This document shows, piece by piece, positions 43,079 through 54,775 of a stretch of 64,000 nucleotides of DNA (position 1 is its first letter; the number at the start of each line of letters is the position of its first letter). Source of the stretch: Marsupella aquatica (lineage: Eukaryota > Plantae > Marchantiophyta); contig OZ316891.1 in the NCBI GenBank assembly GCA_973895155.1, positions 13,733,037 through 13,797,036 on the forward strand. Direction: 5' to 3'. Below the pieces are notes generated by a model that saw only the letters and a list, made by a program, of their open reading frames with translations, was not told the origin of the DNA and ran no database searches. A program made the position numbers and the translations under genes.

Positions 43079-44392
43079 TCATGAACATCCAAATTCGGTT
43101 AACCCGTGATAATCCAAGTACCAATCCACAAATGTTTTGAGACCAGTGTAAGGATCGGTGGTTGGGTGGTACCCAAGCTGGGCCCTCGCGAGACTTATAT
43201 CAGCATACATGAAGGGAACACTGCCATGACTGGGCATCTCAATGACACGAACCTTAGCTTTAGCTTGTAGATGTTCCTCCAGGATGTTCAGCAAGTTGAC
43301 GATTGTCACTGGAGACGGACACCCAAGGTTAAAGGTGCGACATTGGGCACGGCTTGACTTCCTACCGCCACTGCCTGTGCTCTGCTCCGCACTGTCAATA
43401 GCAGCAACACATCCTTGCACAATATCGTCGATGAAGGTCCAGTCACGAACCAAATCGGCCTGATTGGGACCCTCGTAAATGGTGATTTCCTTCCCACGAA
43501 GAATATCTCTAGCAAAAATCCAGTATGCCATGTCTGGTCGCCCCCACGGCCCATACACAGTGCCGAGTCGTAACGTGGTGCTGGAGAGCCCGTGCGTGTG
43601 ATTGTAAACATGGACCAATCCTTCCCCTGCCTGTTTGCTAGCTGCGTAGAGACTCGCTGGCTGATCGGATCTGTCACTTTCTGAGGATGGCAATGACGAA
43701 TTTAGTCCATAAACTGAACTTGACGACGTCCACACGAAAGCCGGCTGGGGAGTTGCTCTTCTGCAGGCTTCCAGGAGAGTCACTAGCCCTGCAATATTGT
43801 TCTGGACGTACGCACCTGGATTCTCCGTGGCATTACGAATGCTGGGTTGAGCGGCCAAATGCAACACGTGAGTGCAGGGGATCATGTCAAATAGCTTCCT
43901 GAGAAGTATGGCATCGTTGATATCTCCGCGGATGACAAACACAGAACTCTTCTCCAGTATTTCCAGTCGCTCGCGCTTCAATGCGAGGTCGGAAGAGTTG
44001 CTCATATTGTCGAGTCCGACCACTCCATCACCTCTTTGTTTCAAAGCTAGACAAGTGTGAAGGCCTACAAAACCTGCTGCGCCAGTTACAAGAACTACGA
44101 TCCCTCTCTCCCGTCTCACTTGGCAAGATTGGTGCACTTTCGACATCCAATCTTGGTTTTGCCACCTCTCCTGCGCCCTGGCCTCTTCATTCAAATCATC
44201 GCGGGCCTCTCCACAGGCTCTGTTGTCTGACGAAGAATCCCCGCTGAATAGGAACGGCATGACACACGCCAAAACCACCAAAACCGAGATGCAGAGAGCA
44301 AGAAAAATTCTGTATTCTGCGCATTCTACATCACCTATCAGCCGAACCTGTCCCATGAGATCCTCGAATCCCATGACTATACTTGAAATCAT
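43079..44392 (-). CDS. GAE: UDP-D-glucuronate 4-epimerase-like (GAE family, extended SDR, type II membrane anchor), ~437 aa, intronless CDS
   Basis: TM segment IFLALCISVLVVLACVMPFLF; VLVTGAAGFVG; HVLHLAAQ; SSSSVYG; QPASLYAASK; TVYGPWGRPDMAY; FVDWYLDY. The start ATG is uncertain (44392 or 44374). Confidence 0.9.
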   Translation of the reverse strand: MISSIVMGFEDLMGQVRLIGDVECAEYRIFLALCISVLVVLACVMPFLFSGDSSSDNRACGEARDDLNEEARAQERWQNQDWMSKVHQSCQVRRERGIVVLVTGAAGFVGLHTCLALKQRGDGVVGLDNMSNSSDLALKRERLEILEKSSVFVIRGDINDAILLRKLFDMIPCTHVLHLAAQPSIRNATENPGAYVQNNIAGLVTLLEACRRATPQPAFVWTSSSSVYGLNSSLPSSESDRSDQPASLYAASKQAGEGLVHVYNHTHGLSSTTLRLGTVYGPWGRPDMAYWIFARDILRGKEITIYEGPNQADLVRDWTFIDDIVQGCVAAIDSAEQSTGSGGRKSSRAQCRTFNLGCPSPVTIVNLLNILEEHLQAKAKVRVIEMPSHGSVPFMYADISLARAQLGYHPTTDPYTGLKTFVDWYLDYHGLTEFGCS

Positions 44393-45949
44393 GCTGCCGC
44401 TTTGTGGACACACTTATGCAACATCCAAGCTACCCATCTGTTCCGCTTTCTTCGCACTGAACTCCTAAACCTGTCTCCATCATATCAAACAACATTACCG
44501 CCAGTGGAACACCCTAAGTTCTATGCCCAATTCACAGCACGAGCGAGTAGCCCTTTCACAGTCGAATCGCGGTGGGATACTGTCGCAAAAACCTGTACGT
44601 AGAATGCCGACGGTACGATCCAAGTGACAGCAATCTGCAGTTTTACAGAAAACTAAATCCATGGCAACTGCAAACTTAGCGGTCGTCGAGCAGCCTCTTC
44701 TCCATAGACCAGATTTTGTGCCGATTATTCCTGTCCCGTCCTTTCCACCGGAAGAGGCATCGACCAGAGCTCCGGCAAAAGAGCCTCTCAAAACGAGGAC
44801 GCAGGAAGCATGTCAGACGAACAAAAGGTAAGTGTAAGCCAGTGTCACCGACCAACGAAACCCGCGAGCAGAGAAGTGCCCTGCGACCAGCGAAAAAAAT
44901 CCACAAGGCTGATCTGCGGGAGGGAGAACGCGAAAAGGGAATTCTCCTTCCAATTTCACGACCTATTCCGTCAACTACGCCACCTACTGTGGGCTCCCTC
45001 TGCTCATCGAGGCGACACTGCAGGTTGAGATCTCCCGCACGTCCCTCCAGCCACGCGACCTGAAGATCATTCAAACGAGCCCGATTCGTCGGCCTGCGCA
45101 GCGCTTCTCTCGCACAGATTCTCCACAGAACTCTAGGCTGTAGCATTCTGCTCCCTCCGACGCTCGTGCCAGAAACGAACTTACAGCAACGCCGTCGCTC
45201 CGTTGTCTTCGTAATTTCGTCAGTAATGCGATTCAGTACAGTAGTGACTGTGTCGTTCGTCAGTCCACGCTCTCCTGTACATTGCATTGCAGTTATGCAG
45301 TTATGCAGTACAGTACAATGATTGCCAAAACTCGCGGGAGGGTGCCGTTGAACGATTTCCTAAACCCCTACATACAGTAATTAACGCTCTCTAAGTGCAC
45401 GCTCTTGGGAAGACGGATCTGGTATGCACTAAACCAGGTGTTGCATTCCTTGATAAACCCACACCCCCTACAAGTGCACTTATTGATGCGTGTACTTGAT
45501 TCAGATCCCTTTGTTTGAATATAATCAATAAGGGTTCACAGGGGTGTGATACCAAGTTGTGTTGGAGATCTCAGATTGAGCACCACAAACTGAATGAACA
45601 ACAAGAGGGACTCAAAACTCCCCATGCACATTGTATATGCTATATTATACTCAGACCAGATCACACAAAGAATCTGTGAAAACAAAGTGTTACTACATGA
45701 CAACATTCTGTGTCTGTCCAATGTGTTGTAAAATAAAAAGAAGAAGTGGACTACAGTTCCTACATCCAGACTACACAACATCTTCAGTGTGGACAGAATT
45801 AAAATTAAGGCCCACCCCTCAACTAAGGAGCTTCCTGGCTGGTCCACTTCACCCTTTGCTGCCTAAACATTGCATTTCCCTCCCTAAGTGCATTCATAAC
45901 TCTACTAAGAATGTGCATGCATTTATCAGTAAATGGAAATGCAATTTTT

Positions 45950-46294
45950 TGTTGAGCATAGACGACCGTCGCAACGGCAAGCCCATGAACCATCCAACGT
46001 ACAAGAGTCGACACAGAGAGATACGTGGTTCACCTCCACATGAGGCTACGTCCACGGGAACACACAAGAGCTTTACTGCACTCTAGGCCGACCAGCCATA
46101 CCAAGCATCCACAGCACAAGCTCTCCCTATCTCTCAACTAGCTCCGTAACAATGAGACTAAGTTCCACCCAGGGTCTGGCATCAGCCCTGACTATATACA
46201 CAACAGCACTAGCGCTAACATTAGCTAAATCCTAACCCGAGTTAGACTAACTGTGATTAGCTTATGAATCACAAGACTAGAACAATATCTAACA
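45950..46294. mobile_element. solo LTR (345 bp), copy 2
   Basis: TGTTGAGC...CTAACA termini with flanks TTTTT/ATTTT (4/5). Contains GATACGTGGTTCACC...GGCTACGTCCACGG, typical of plant copia LTRs. Homologous to 25047-25391. Confidence 0.8.
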
Positions 46295-48587
46295 ATTTTA
46301 TGGTTTTGTGCTTTTAATGATGAGAGTATAGAGACACTTATTTAGGGTAAGGGCTCATTAAGTTGTGGTTTAGCAAAACTATTCTAGCCCTATGTGTGCT
46401 TAGAAAATAGGTTAAAAAATGCTTATCCCATCTTTTAAAAAAGGGAAGAACAAGATGCCCTGCACAAATCAAGGGTAAGCACTTATGGTGTGCACTTAGA
46501 TAGAGCCGAGAGTAATGTATTTTTCTTTGTATTTTAATGGATGATTATGAGCCATTGCCCCTGCCAGCCTAGCCGGATTATGAGACTTTGGTCACCTTGG
46601 TTAGGCAGCCCTTCTAGAGGGTTATCTGATTTGAGGTGCATTTTTCAGTTGTAAATAAAGTAAAATTACACTTAGGGCTTAAGCCCCGGCTTAAGCTTGT
46701 TAATCTAGGGTCACTCGGGGACTACGGCTCAATCCTGTTGGCTCACCACCCTTGAGGATTACATCCCATAACCCAGTGGAAATGGACCCCTCACCCGAGA
46801 TAATATGTACATTGCCACTCTTTTTTGTATCAATCACTTTGCCACTAATTTTGTCTAGATTGTGGGTTAAGAAAATTAATGGGAGTTGTGTCCTGGATAT
46901 CTGACGGCTCTAGTCGCACCCAGTGGCCAGATTGAACGGGCATACATCCCCTCAGATCACTAAGACCAACTTAGGGTCAGATGATACAGGGGTGAGTTGG
47001 CTGCCCCAATGCTTTTTCTTGTGTCATGCACAGCCGGGTCTTTTAATCTGGCTGCTGGGTGCAACTACAGATGTCAGATTTCCAGGACAGAACTCAAACT
47101 AGCTTTCTTAACCAAAAAACAAATGAAATCAGTGACAATGTACATTTTATCTTGGGAGGGGGGTTGCGGTCCATTCCGGCCCATGGAAGTGACACATCAT
47201 GTGCTACAAAGGATAGACGCATTGTTTAATCATTCTGAAAAAAACTTATTAAAATGTTAATGGAAAGATAGAGTTCTAATGGAAGATGCCACGTGTCATC
47301 ATATGATTGTTGCCATATAACTTTATTTAAAATGATTAAGGGGGTCCATAAAGAACCTAATCCATGGCATGATTATGATTTGTGGCCCTCCATATATATA
47401 TGGACTCAGTGATCCCCAACTGTTCAAGCATATCATACCACTAAATCCCAGAACTTAGGGTACCAACACAGTCTTGAAGCAACATTTGCAATTCTACTTC
47501 TGCAAGTTTTTCACCTGTAATATCCTCGTACTCCACAACTTTTGAATTAGAAAATTTTGAAAATGTGTCATGTGCAATGTGTGACAAGTTAAACTAGGGA
47601 AGATTAATATATTCTGCTTGATCCCACGTGTATCTTTTAATTGCTTTGCTATTTAGATCCAATCATCCATCTCTAAGTTGGTAAGTGTCACTTGGAAGTC
47701 AACCTGGGAGACAATCTCTATGTTGTCTCTAAAGCGGTCCACTTTGGCCATTTACCCCTGCCTGAACAGGTTCTGTGATTGAAAAGTCTTGGAGGCAAAA
47801 AATTGTGCTAAGTGTCACATACAGGAGATAGTAAAATTTGCACCTGATGGTTTCACATTCTCAAATCCCTACAAGAACATCTGACAGAAAAATTTCAGAG
47901 GGGGTCTAAATTGTTGTAACAAAACTTTATTTGGGTCTAAACATTATAACAAAATTTTCATGGCGGTGTATGGTGGTCCATCAATTAAGCTTTTAGCTAA
48001 GGAGTCTAGAATCAAGCATATATGTACCTGCTTTCCAAGACCATTTCTTTTTTTATTCCCTTCGAGATTAAATCTGGACCCTAGGGGGTCTACCAAGCAT
48101 ATGTCCTTGAATGTAAAGCCAACCTGATTTTTACTGGCCCAATATTATGCTTTTCCACAGGAAATTAAGGCACCATGTACCCCAGATTGCCCATGCCCAT
48201 CCCTGTTCACAAGGACACTGTCTAGTCAAAATATGAAAATGTACTCCTACCAAAGAGCTTTTGGCTGGGCCCATGGCTTCATTCTAAAGAGTAGATCATG
48301 AGGGGTACAGTCACTAAGATTGCAAGTTACAATAGCCCCCAAAAGGAGGGCTGCAGCTTGAGTTTTGAGGGTCGACTAGCATTACTTAGGCATAATACTA
48401 TGATAACAGGACCTCAATACTTTTGAAAGGCCTAGTAAGCAAGTTTTACTCCATATATAATTATCACTTTTTGCTACCATGTATCCCAAACTGATCTTGT
48501 CTCTGGGTTTGGCCCATTTAGTTATTTGGCGATGTGATACATATAATTGTTAACCTTTCTCCCTAGCTACAGTGTCACTTCTTGCCT

Positions 48588-49181
48588 CCCATTCTGTATA
48601 TGGGGTTAATTTTAACTAAACAATTGCAGTTAAGCCAGTGTCCCCCATTTGATTGGTCTGGTGCCATATGACAATTTAACGTATGTAATTGAATTGATCA
48701 TGTCAAACCCTCCCTGGTCAACATTGCCCCAAAACCTGGCAGGCCCGTCCCAAGGCCCATCCCCATCACAACTGCAGGCAGGAGAGGCTTGAGTCACAAC
48801 CTTGCTCACCCGCTTGCCCGCCCGCTTTCTCGATAGCCCTCTCAATGGTTGACGCTGTCAGTTTGTCTCACCCAAGTTTCCCTTGAGAAGAGCTACTGAA
48901 TGTCCCTACATTTGGAATCCGACCATGAGGCAGGATTGGATTGGCTGAGCAGCAGTTGACCCCAGGGGAAGGTTTGTAAGTGTGGGAGGGGTATGGTCTA
49001 TGAGTGTGGGAGGTGGTATATGACTGCAAGTGTGTTGCAGGGGCTGCCATTTGCTGCTGCTGTGGCTTTGATGAGGTTTGGCAGGACCAGTTGCAACTTG
49101 CATTGCCACATGGCACTGGACCAATCAGGAGGGCCTCGGGTTAAACTTAAGCAGTTTAGCTAACCCAATCTATGACATGGG
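48588..49181. mobile_element. degenerate MITE-like element with long imperfect TIRs
   Basis: TGATTGGTCTGGTGCCATATGACAA (~48650) pairs with TTGCCACATGGCACTGGACCAATCA (~49103). Weaker complementarity extends outward. Confidence 0.5.
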
Positions 49182-50000
49182 GTTAAGGTGGAAATTAAAA
49201 TACTTTGGGGGTCAGATAAAGTACAAACATAGATCAATTTGGGGAAGAGGTTAGTAAACAATGATGGTATGTAATCTGGCTTGTGACCAAGGGTCACATA
49301 TTTCTGAACCTACTATAGGATATCAAGTCCCACACACCACCTCTCCCCATATGGATCCAGTGAGGGTGTTTAGCCACACTAGCTAGCCAATCCCCCAAAA
49401 CCGTAAAGATGCAGACACTAATCAATTCAAACCACAACAGGCCATATACAAGGGGAAGTGTACAAGAACCCCCTTCTCCACTCACTTCTCACCTCTATCT
49501 GCCAGTTTGCTCCACAATTTCAAGAAATAATTAATTTTAATAGTGATACCTGATGGATCCAGGATTTGTCATGGCTAGTGGAGGTTTAAGACACATAAAG
49601 TGTCCTCAATCATCCTCTACAATGAGTTTTATTTTGCATTTCAGTTATGTCAAGACCCACATTATAGTCTTTATCACAAGCACAATGTTTATTGCAAAGG
49701 AACAAAATGATGTTATTATCATGTTTGCAATACATATTTCTCCATATAGCATGCTCATCCCGGAACTTGCTTGATTTTTTTGTCTTGTAGTGATATGTAA
49801 AGTGAAGTTTTATGACACAAGGATGCTACTATTTGTGCACTTAATTCAATGTGCCTTATGAATGACACTCATTTCAATAAAAACCATAAATTTAGTAAAG
49901 AAAGACTGAAATTAAGACACTATGTGTTCATGTTATTCAAAATCATTTATCTCTCATGAGAATACTTTGTTCAAGTGGTGGAGCTCATTGGTTTCATCTC

Positions 50001-50032
50001 TTTTTAATTTTTTTAAAGGGAAAGCGACGGTG
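50001..50032 (-). mobile_element. 3' end and poly(A) tail of the LINE at 54776-56878, displaced by the 4.74-kb insertion
   Basis: Removing 50033-54775 and one TSD gives, on the minus strand, ...TTTGCGCACCGTCGCTTTCCCTTTAAAAAAATTAAAAA. Confidence 0.65.
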
Positions 50033-53000
50033 TGTGGTGCGTCCCATGGCTCCCCAAACCCAAGAAACCCCCCCGCACAAGCCGATTCCTGCAAGTTTCG
50101 TGCTCGGCGAGGCCGTTTTCGCGGCTTAGCGGCATGGGACGCTGCTAACCTCCTTCTACTACTACTATTAACATTTTACACACATATACTGGACAGATCC
50201 TTCATCGGGTCATGAGATACGTAGTCGGCCTAATCCAGGCCTTCTCTTGTCCTTCCCTCCTGTTGGTTAGGTATATTTGAATTCCGCCGCCGGAATGATC
50301 CCCAATTGGCTTGGTTAAGCCGCTAAGACCTCTCTCAGCTCGACACATCCAACTCTCACTCCCTTGCTTACTTCCTTTCTTCTACTTGTTGATGTGGGCA
50401 CTCTTCACACAAGTTAATGCGACACACAAATAGCAAAATGACTCCTTCTGACTGAGTTATACCATGCACTTGCAATACAAACAATACGTCTCATACACAA
50501 GCTCTGCAAACTAAGCCGTGAGGCCAACTCTATTCAATTCTTAGGTATGAGGAAACATGAATATACACAAGGGTCACTGTATAACTAACCGAGAGCTTCT
50601 CTTACTACTTGATCCCAGCCCTGCTGGTGCAACTAAAAACTTGCTAAAGAAGAGGCCCGAAACTCCCCGCAGCCCAGGTACTTATCCTGGCTGTGGATCC
50701 GCCTGATTCCTTGCAGCGTAAGCCTAATCTACCTACTATAATCTTCCTAACTATAATCTACCTATGTACAGCGAGGCAGGAGCACAAGTGTTGCCCTTAC
50801 CCGTGGATCCGCAATCCCACTAATCTAAGTGTCAGGGCCGTCTCCTGGTCTTGATCCTAAGTCTAAACTTGGAGATCAGCGCCCGCCCTACCCACTCACG
50901 CCTCCTACCTCCACGTCCGCCCTCCCTAAAAGGGACGGCGCCCTTACACCATCACGACATCGGTGGCTGGTCCTCAATGGACGCCCCCAACGCTTCCTCC
51001 GCAGCCATTGCCGTTGGTCCGTCCTCTGACAGATTACCTGCCGCTGACCGAGTCAACTCTTCATTGGCCTGACTGGGTCCACCCTCGGCTTCGGCCTCTG
51101 ATACGGCTACGGCCTCCCCGGCATGTTCTAGTGGAGGATCCGGTACCTCGGCTTCATTACTGAGCATTTCGGTTTGGGCCGTGACATCCCCGCCTACTAG
51201 GGTAGTTGGATCTTCTGCCGTGACCCTGCCCGTTGTTGGTGTTGGGTTTTCCTCCTTGGTTACAACGGCTTGAGAAGCCGTGTTACTCCCTGACCCCGGA
51301 GGTTTTCGCTTCTTCTTCTTCCCTGTTTCGGCAACTGGTCCCTTCCCTTTGCCACCTACCTCCGGCACCGGGGCATGTGTATCGGCTTGTCCTTTGGCCA
51401 ATACCACTCCTGGTAACGGGGTTCCCACAATTGGAGTTGGAACAGATGAAGCTAAGCATTTGAATACTGCAGCCTATTTCTTCAGCCGCTCTGTTTGATT
51501 GTCGGCCCGCCGCTGTAAGTTCTCCATCTTCCGCGTGCTTTCCTCCAACTCCTCCTGGGTCTCATCCAGGTCCTTGCGCGCCTCCTCCAGCTCCTTATTG
51601 GCTTCCTCCAATTCTTTCTTCAAGGTAGCCCTCTCCTCCTGGGTTGCTCTTAGCTCCTTGTCGAGCTCTACTACGACCACAGACTCCATCTTATTCATCT
51701 TGGCATAAGTCTGGTCGAGCTGGTCATCCTTCTCACGCAGGTCGGCCTTGAAGCTGGTCGTCAGGGATGCAAGCTCCTGCTGTAGCAGAATAATCCCTTG
51801 ATAGGATTTCCCTAACTCGGCCTCCTTCTGCTCCAGGGCTCCGCGGATATCCTCGAGCTCCCCCTTTAATGCCCTTTCCCTTCTCTGGGTCTCCGCCATG
51901 GCCCGGTTGTTGGCTGCTATGTGGGCCTCCTCTGCGTCCCTCAGCTCTTGCTTCCACTTCTCCCTCTCCTTGATTACTTTGGCCAACTCTCCTTGGGTCC
52001 GAGTCAGTTTATTCTCGATAATCCGGTTATCAGACTGTGCGGTATCCAATTGCCCCTGCATGATGTTTAGCTCATGCCGCTTAATCCGCAGCTCATCTTG
52101 GGCTTTAATTTCTTGGCCGCCTTCAGGTCTTCTACTTTGGCTTCCCTTGCCCTAAGCCGACAGATGACCTCGTCCTTCTTGCTTCTTTCCAAAGCCACCG
52201 CTTCTTCTAATTGGCGCTTCTCCAACATCTCCCTCTGAAAAAAGGGTCCCTGCTCCAACTCCTCCCCAAAGATGTTGAGTGCGAGTTCTCCACACATCTC
52301 CCCGTACTCCATGGCTCTATCTTTAGCATAGGTGGAGTAAGTAGACGTCATCGGCATCAACCACCGCGGCCTCTGCTCCCAAGCCGCCCTGCGGATTTCT
52401 TCTATGGTGACAAGAGGGTTGCTTCTTTTTTCGGCAAGCCGCCTGATGTCCTCCGGCCAATCTCCTCCTAGTAAATCTTTCTCCTTAGCTAGGGCTGCCT
52501 TCTCTTCCTCCCTAAGTCGCTCCTGAAACTCTTGTGCCGTCTGCTTTATATATGCCGTCAAATCTCGGGGGAGTAATATCTGGTGGGGGAGACTCGGGGC
52601 TACTCTGCTGGTTGGGGTCCCCTCGAACTACTCTTGGAAGCGTGGGAATAAACCGGCCACAGGTCCTTACTCCTGGAACATGATGATCCGACCCATATCC
52701 GGAGTTATTATTGCTGTAGTCCTCCACCGCCTCCTCTACTGCTTGGATTCCCGGCTTCCCCCTCTGCCCCTCTAGTGCTGCCGTGAAGATGGCCTCACAG
52801 ATCACGGGCTCTGGTTCCTCTGGTTTCCAGGCTGTCATCTCTCTCTTCTTTCCGCGGGGAGGAGCCTTTGGCTGCTCTGCCTCTGATTCAGGGCTTGAGG
52901 CTCCCACGTACATTCCTGACTTGTGTTCCGGCCTAAATCTCTCCTTGGTTCCGATAAAGGGGTTTTCCCCTTTGAGTCCGCTTAGGCCGACCTCTGGGGC

Positions 53001-54775
53001 AGCGTCCTGTATCGGTGCCATTGCCGTTGTCGTTGCCGGAACCAGTGCCGGTGCCGTTCTCTTTTCCTTCTCCAGCAATTTTAGCAGATTTTGCATGCCT
53101 GGTTGCTGCATCGGCAAGTCTTCTTTCCTTGGCCGAAACACCCGCTCGATTGTCGGACTGTCGGGCTGGTTGGGCTTCTCTGGTGCCGGCCTTTGCTCCG
53201 GAACCTTCTCCGGTGCCCTTGCCGATAGGGGAAGTACTGGGGCAAAGATTTGACTTCTGGCATACCGGCACAACAGCGGCATGTGATAGCCAAGCCGGGA
53301 CACGCTTCCCATGCCGATCACCTGCTGTTCCTCCTTCAAGATTTTCTTCAGTTGGTTGAGGAGGTACCCGTTGTAATCCCGGCTTGGGTCTGGCCTTTCT
53401 GCCAGGTAGACCTGAGCCTTGCCGATCTCTGCCCTCGGCAAGTTACAATGCATGGTCACCCGCAAGAAATCGATCATCTCTCCGATGTGCGGGTTGGTGC
53501 AGGTGTTCCGGAAGAAGCCATTCTTTGTTGATGGTCCTGGGAACGACCGGAACTCCTTGTCAGGTAAGGTCTTCCTGGTATCAACCTTGGTCTTATTACC
53601 CATCGGCAAGCCAAACACCTCGGCAATCACCCGGGGAGTGAGATAGAAATCCTTCCCATACACCCTCGTGGAATTGGTCTCGGGTTCCCATGATCCCACG
53701 AATTCTAATAAGTCTGAGTCCGGCACCTCCGGCTTCAGCCATGGTAATCTTACGAAGGCTTCCAAGCCGGATCCGGCCATGAAGCCCTGGTACTTCTTGG
53801 TCTGCATGGCCGTAAAGCATGCATCCTCCTCCCGTGCAAAGTGTAATTGCACTTCCTCCGGTAGGGTCGCCGCCCAGCCTTTCCAGGTGTCATCGTTTGT
53901 TGGAATGGCATTGATAGGATCAACCTCTTCCTCTTCGGCTTCTCCCTGCCTCCTGCTCTGCTGCTCTGCTGGCTTCCTAGGTGCCGCCGACCTTGTTCTT
54001 TTTGCAGGGGTGGCCTCTTTGTTGTTGTTTCCTTTCCTCTTCATCTCGGCTGCCGTGGATGTTTCTCCTAGCAAGGTTGCCTTCGTCCACCCCTCCGTGT
54101 TACCCTTCAACTCCCAGTGTAGGTCGTTGCAGCGATTGATGGCTTCCCGGATGCCGACGATTCTGTTTTTGCAAAACAGAAGGTCGTCGAGCTGATTGGC
54201 AGTAGGAGTCCACAAGAACTCGGCCTTGATAAGTTCTCCTCCTAAGAAAGCCGTCTTCTGCAGTTCCCAGAGCCGAGCGAGCTCCTACCATTCTCGAGCT
54301 GCTCTCTCCGATTCTTCGTCCTCGTAAGTCCTAACGTACTCACTTGCCCATTCGAACAGGCATCCCCAAAAATGTGCTGCTTGATTGACGTTGCTCATAC
54401 CCTCCTTGAGTCGATCGTTGGTATCTGTTCCCACCTAGAGTGCTTGCCTAAGCAGCTGACAATAGTTGGTCTCCCGTAGTCGTCTGCCCAGTTCGTGCTT
54501 GCAAATGAGCCACCATTCCTCGCGAGCGGTCCTTACCCCTCTCCTCCTCTGGTCTTCCCTCCCGTTGGTCACCCCTAGCCGCCGACGCTTAGCGCGCCCT
54601 AACCCTAATCGTGTTCTCTCCCCCGGCGTCCTTACTTCCGGCCTCGGCCCACGTTCCATAGTCACCCTTAATTGTTTATATTTTCCTTGTTTTTGTTCCT
54701 ATACTAAGGTGTTTCCAGGGTACACTCCTGCTTTACCATGTAAACCGGCCTAGTGATTCCTGGCTAGGCATCACA
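50033..54775. mobile_element. 4743-bp integrase-type insertion (TG...CA, 5-bp TSD) without terminal direct repeats; giant solo LTR or deleted Gypsy (Tat/Ogre/Athila-like) derivative
   Basis: TSD CGGTG at 50028-50032 and 54776-54780. Termini TGTGGTGC / GCATCACA. No gag/pol motifs seen. Confidence 0.8.
50952..54659 (-). pseudogene. ~1230-codon accessory ORF: plant mobile domain (PMD)-like region + low-complexity linker + long coiled coil
   Basis: ORF-track pieces 54435-54665, 52512-54215, 52067-52561, 51474-52061 and 50952-51428 join via 3 in-frame TAGs and 2 frameshifts. EFVGSWEPETNS...LTPRVIAEVFGLP resembles the PMD motif W.PET...T...V...LGLP. Confidence 0.65.

Noticed and set aside
44495-45287. 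overlapping 100-200 aa ORFs upstream of GAE
   Set aside because: No recognisable domain. The region looks like a GC-rich 5'UTR/intron with splice-like sites.
50033-54775. DIRS, Helitron or endogenous virus identity for the 4.74-kb element
   Set aside because: No tyrosine recombinase, Rep/helicase, capsid or movement-protein motifs. The 5-bp TSD with TG..CA ends points to an LTR-type integrase.
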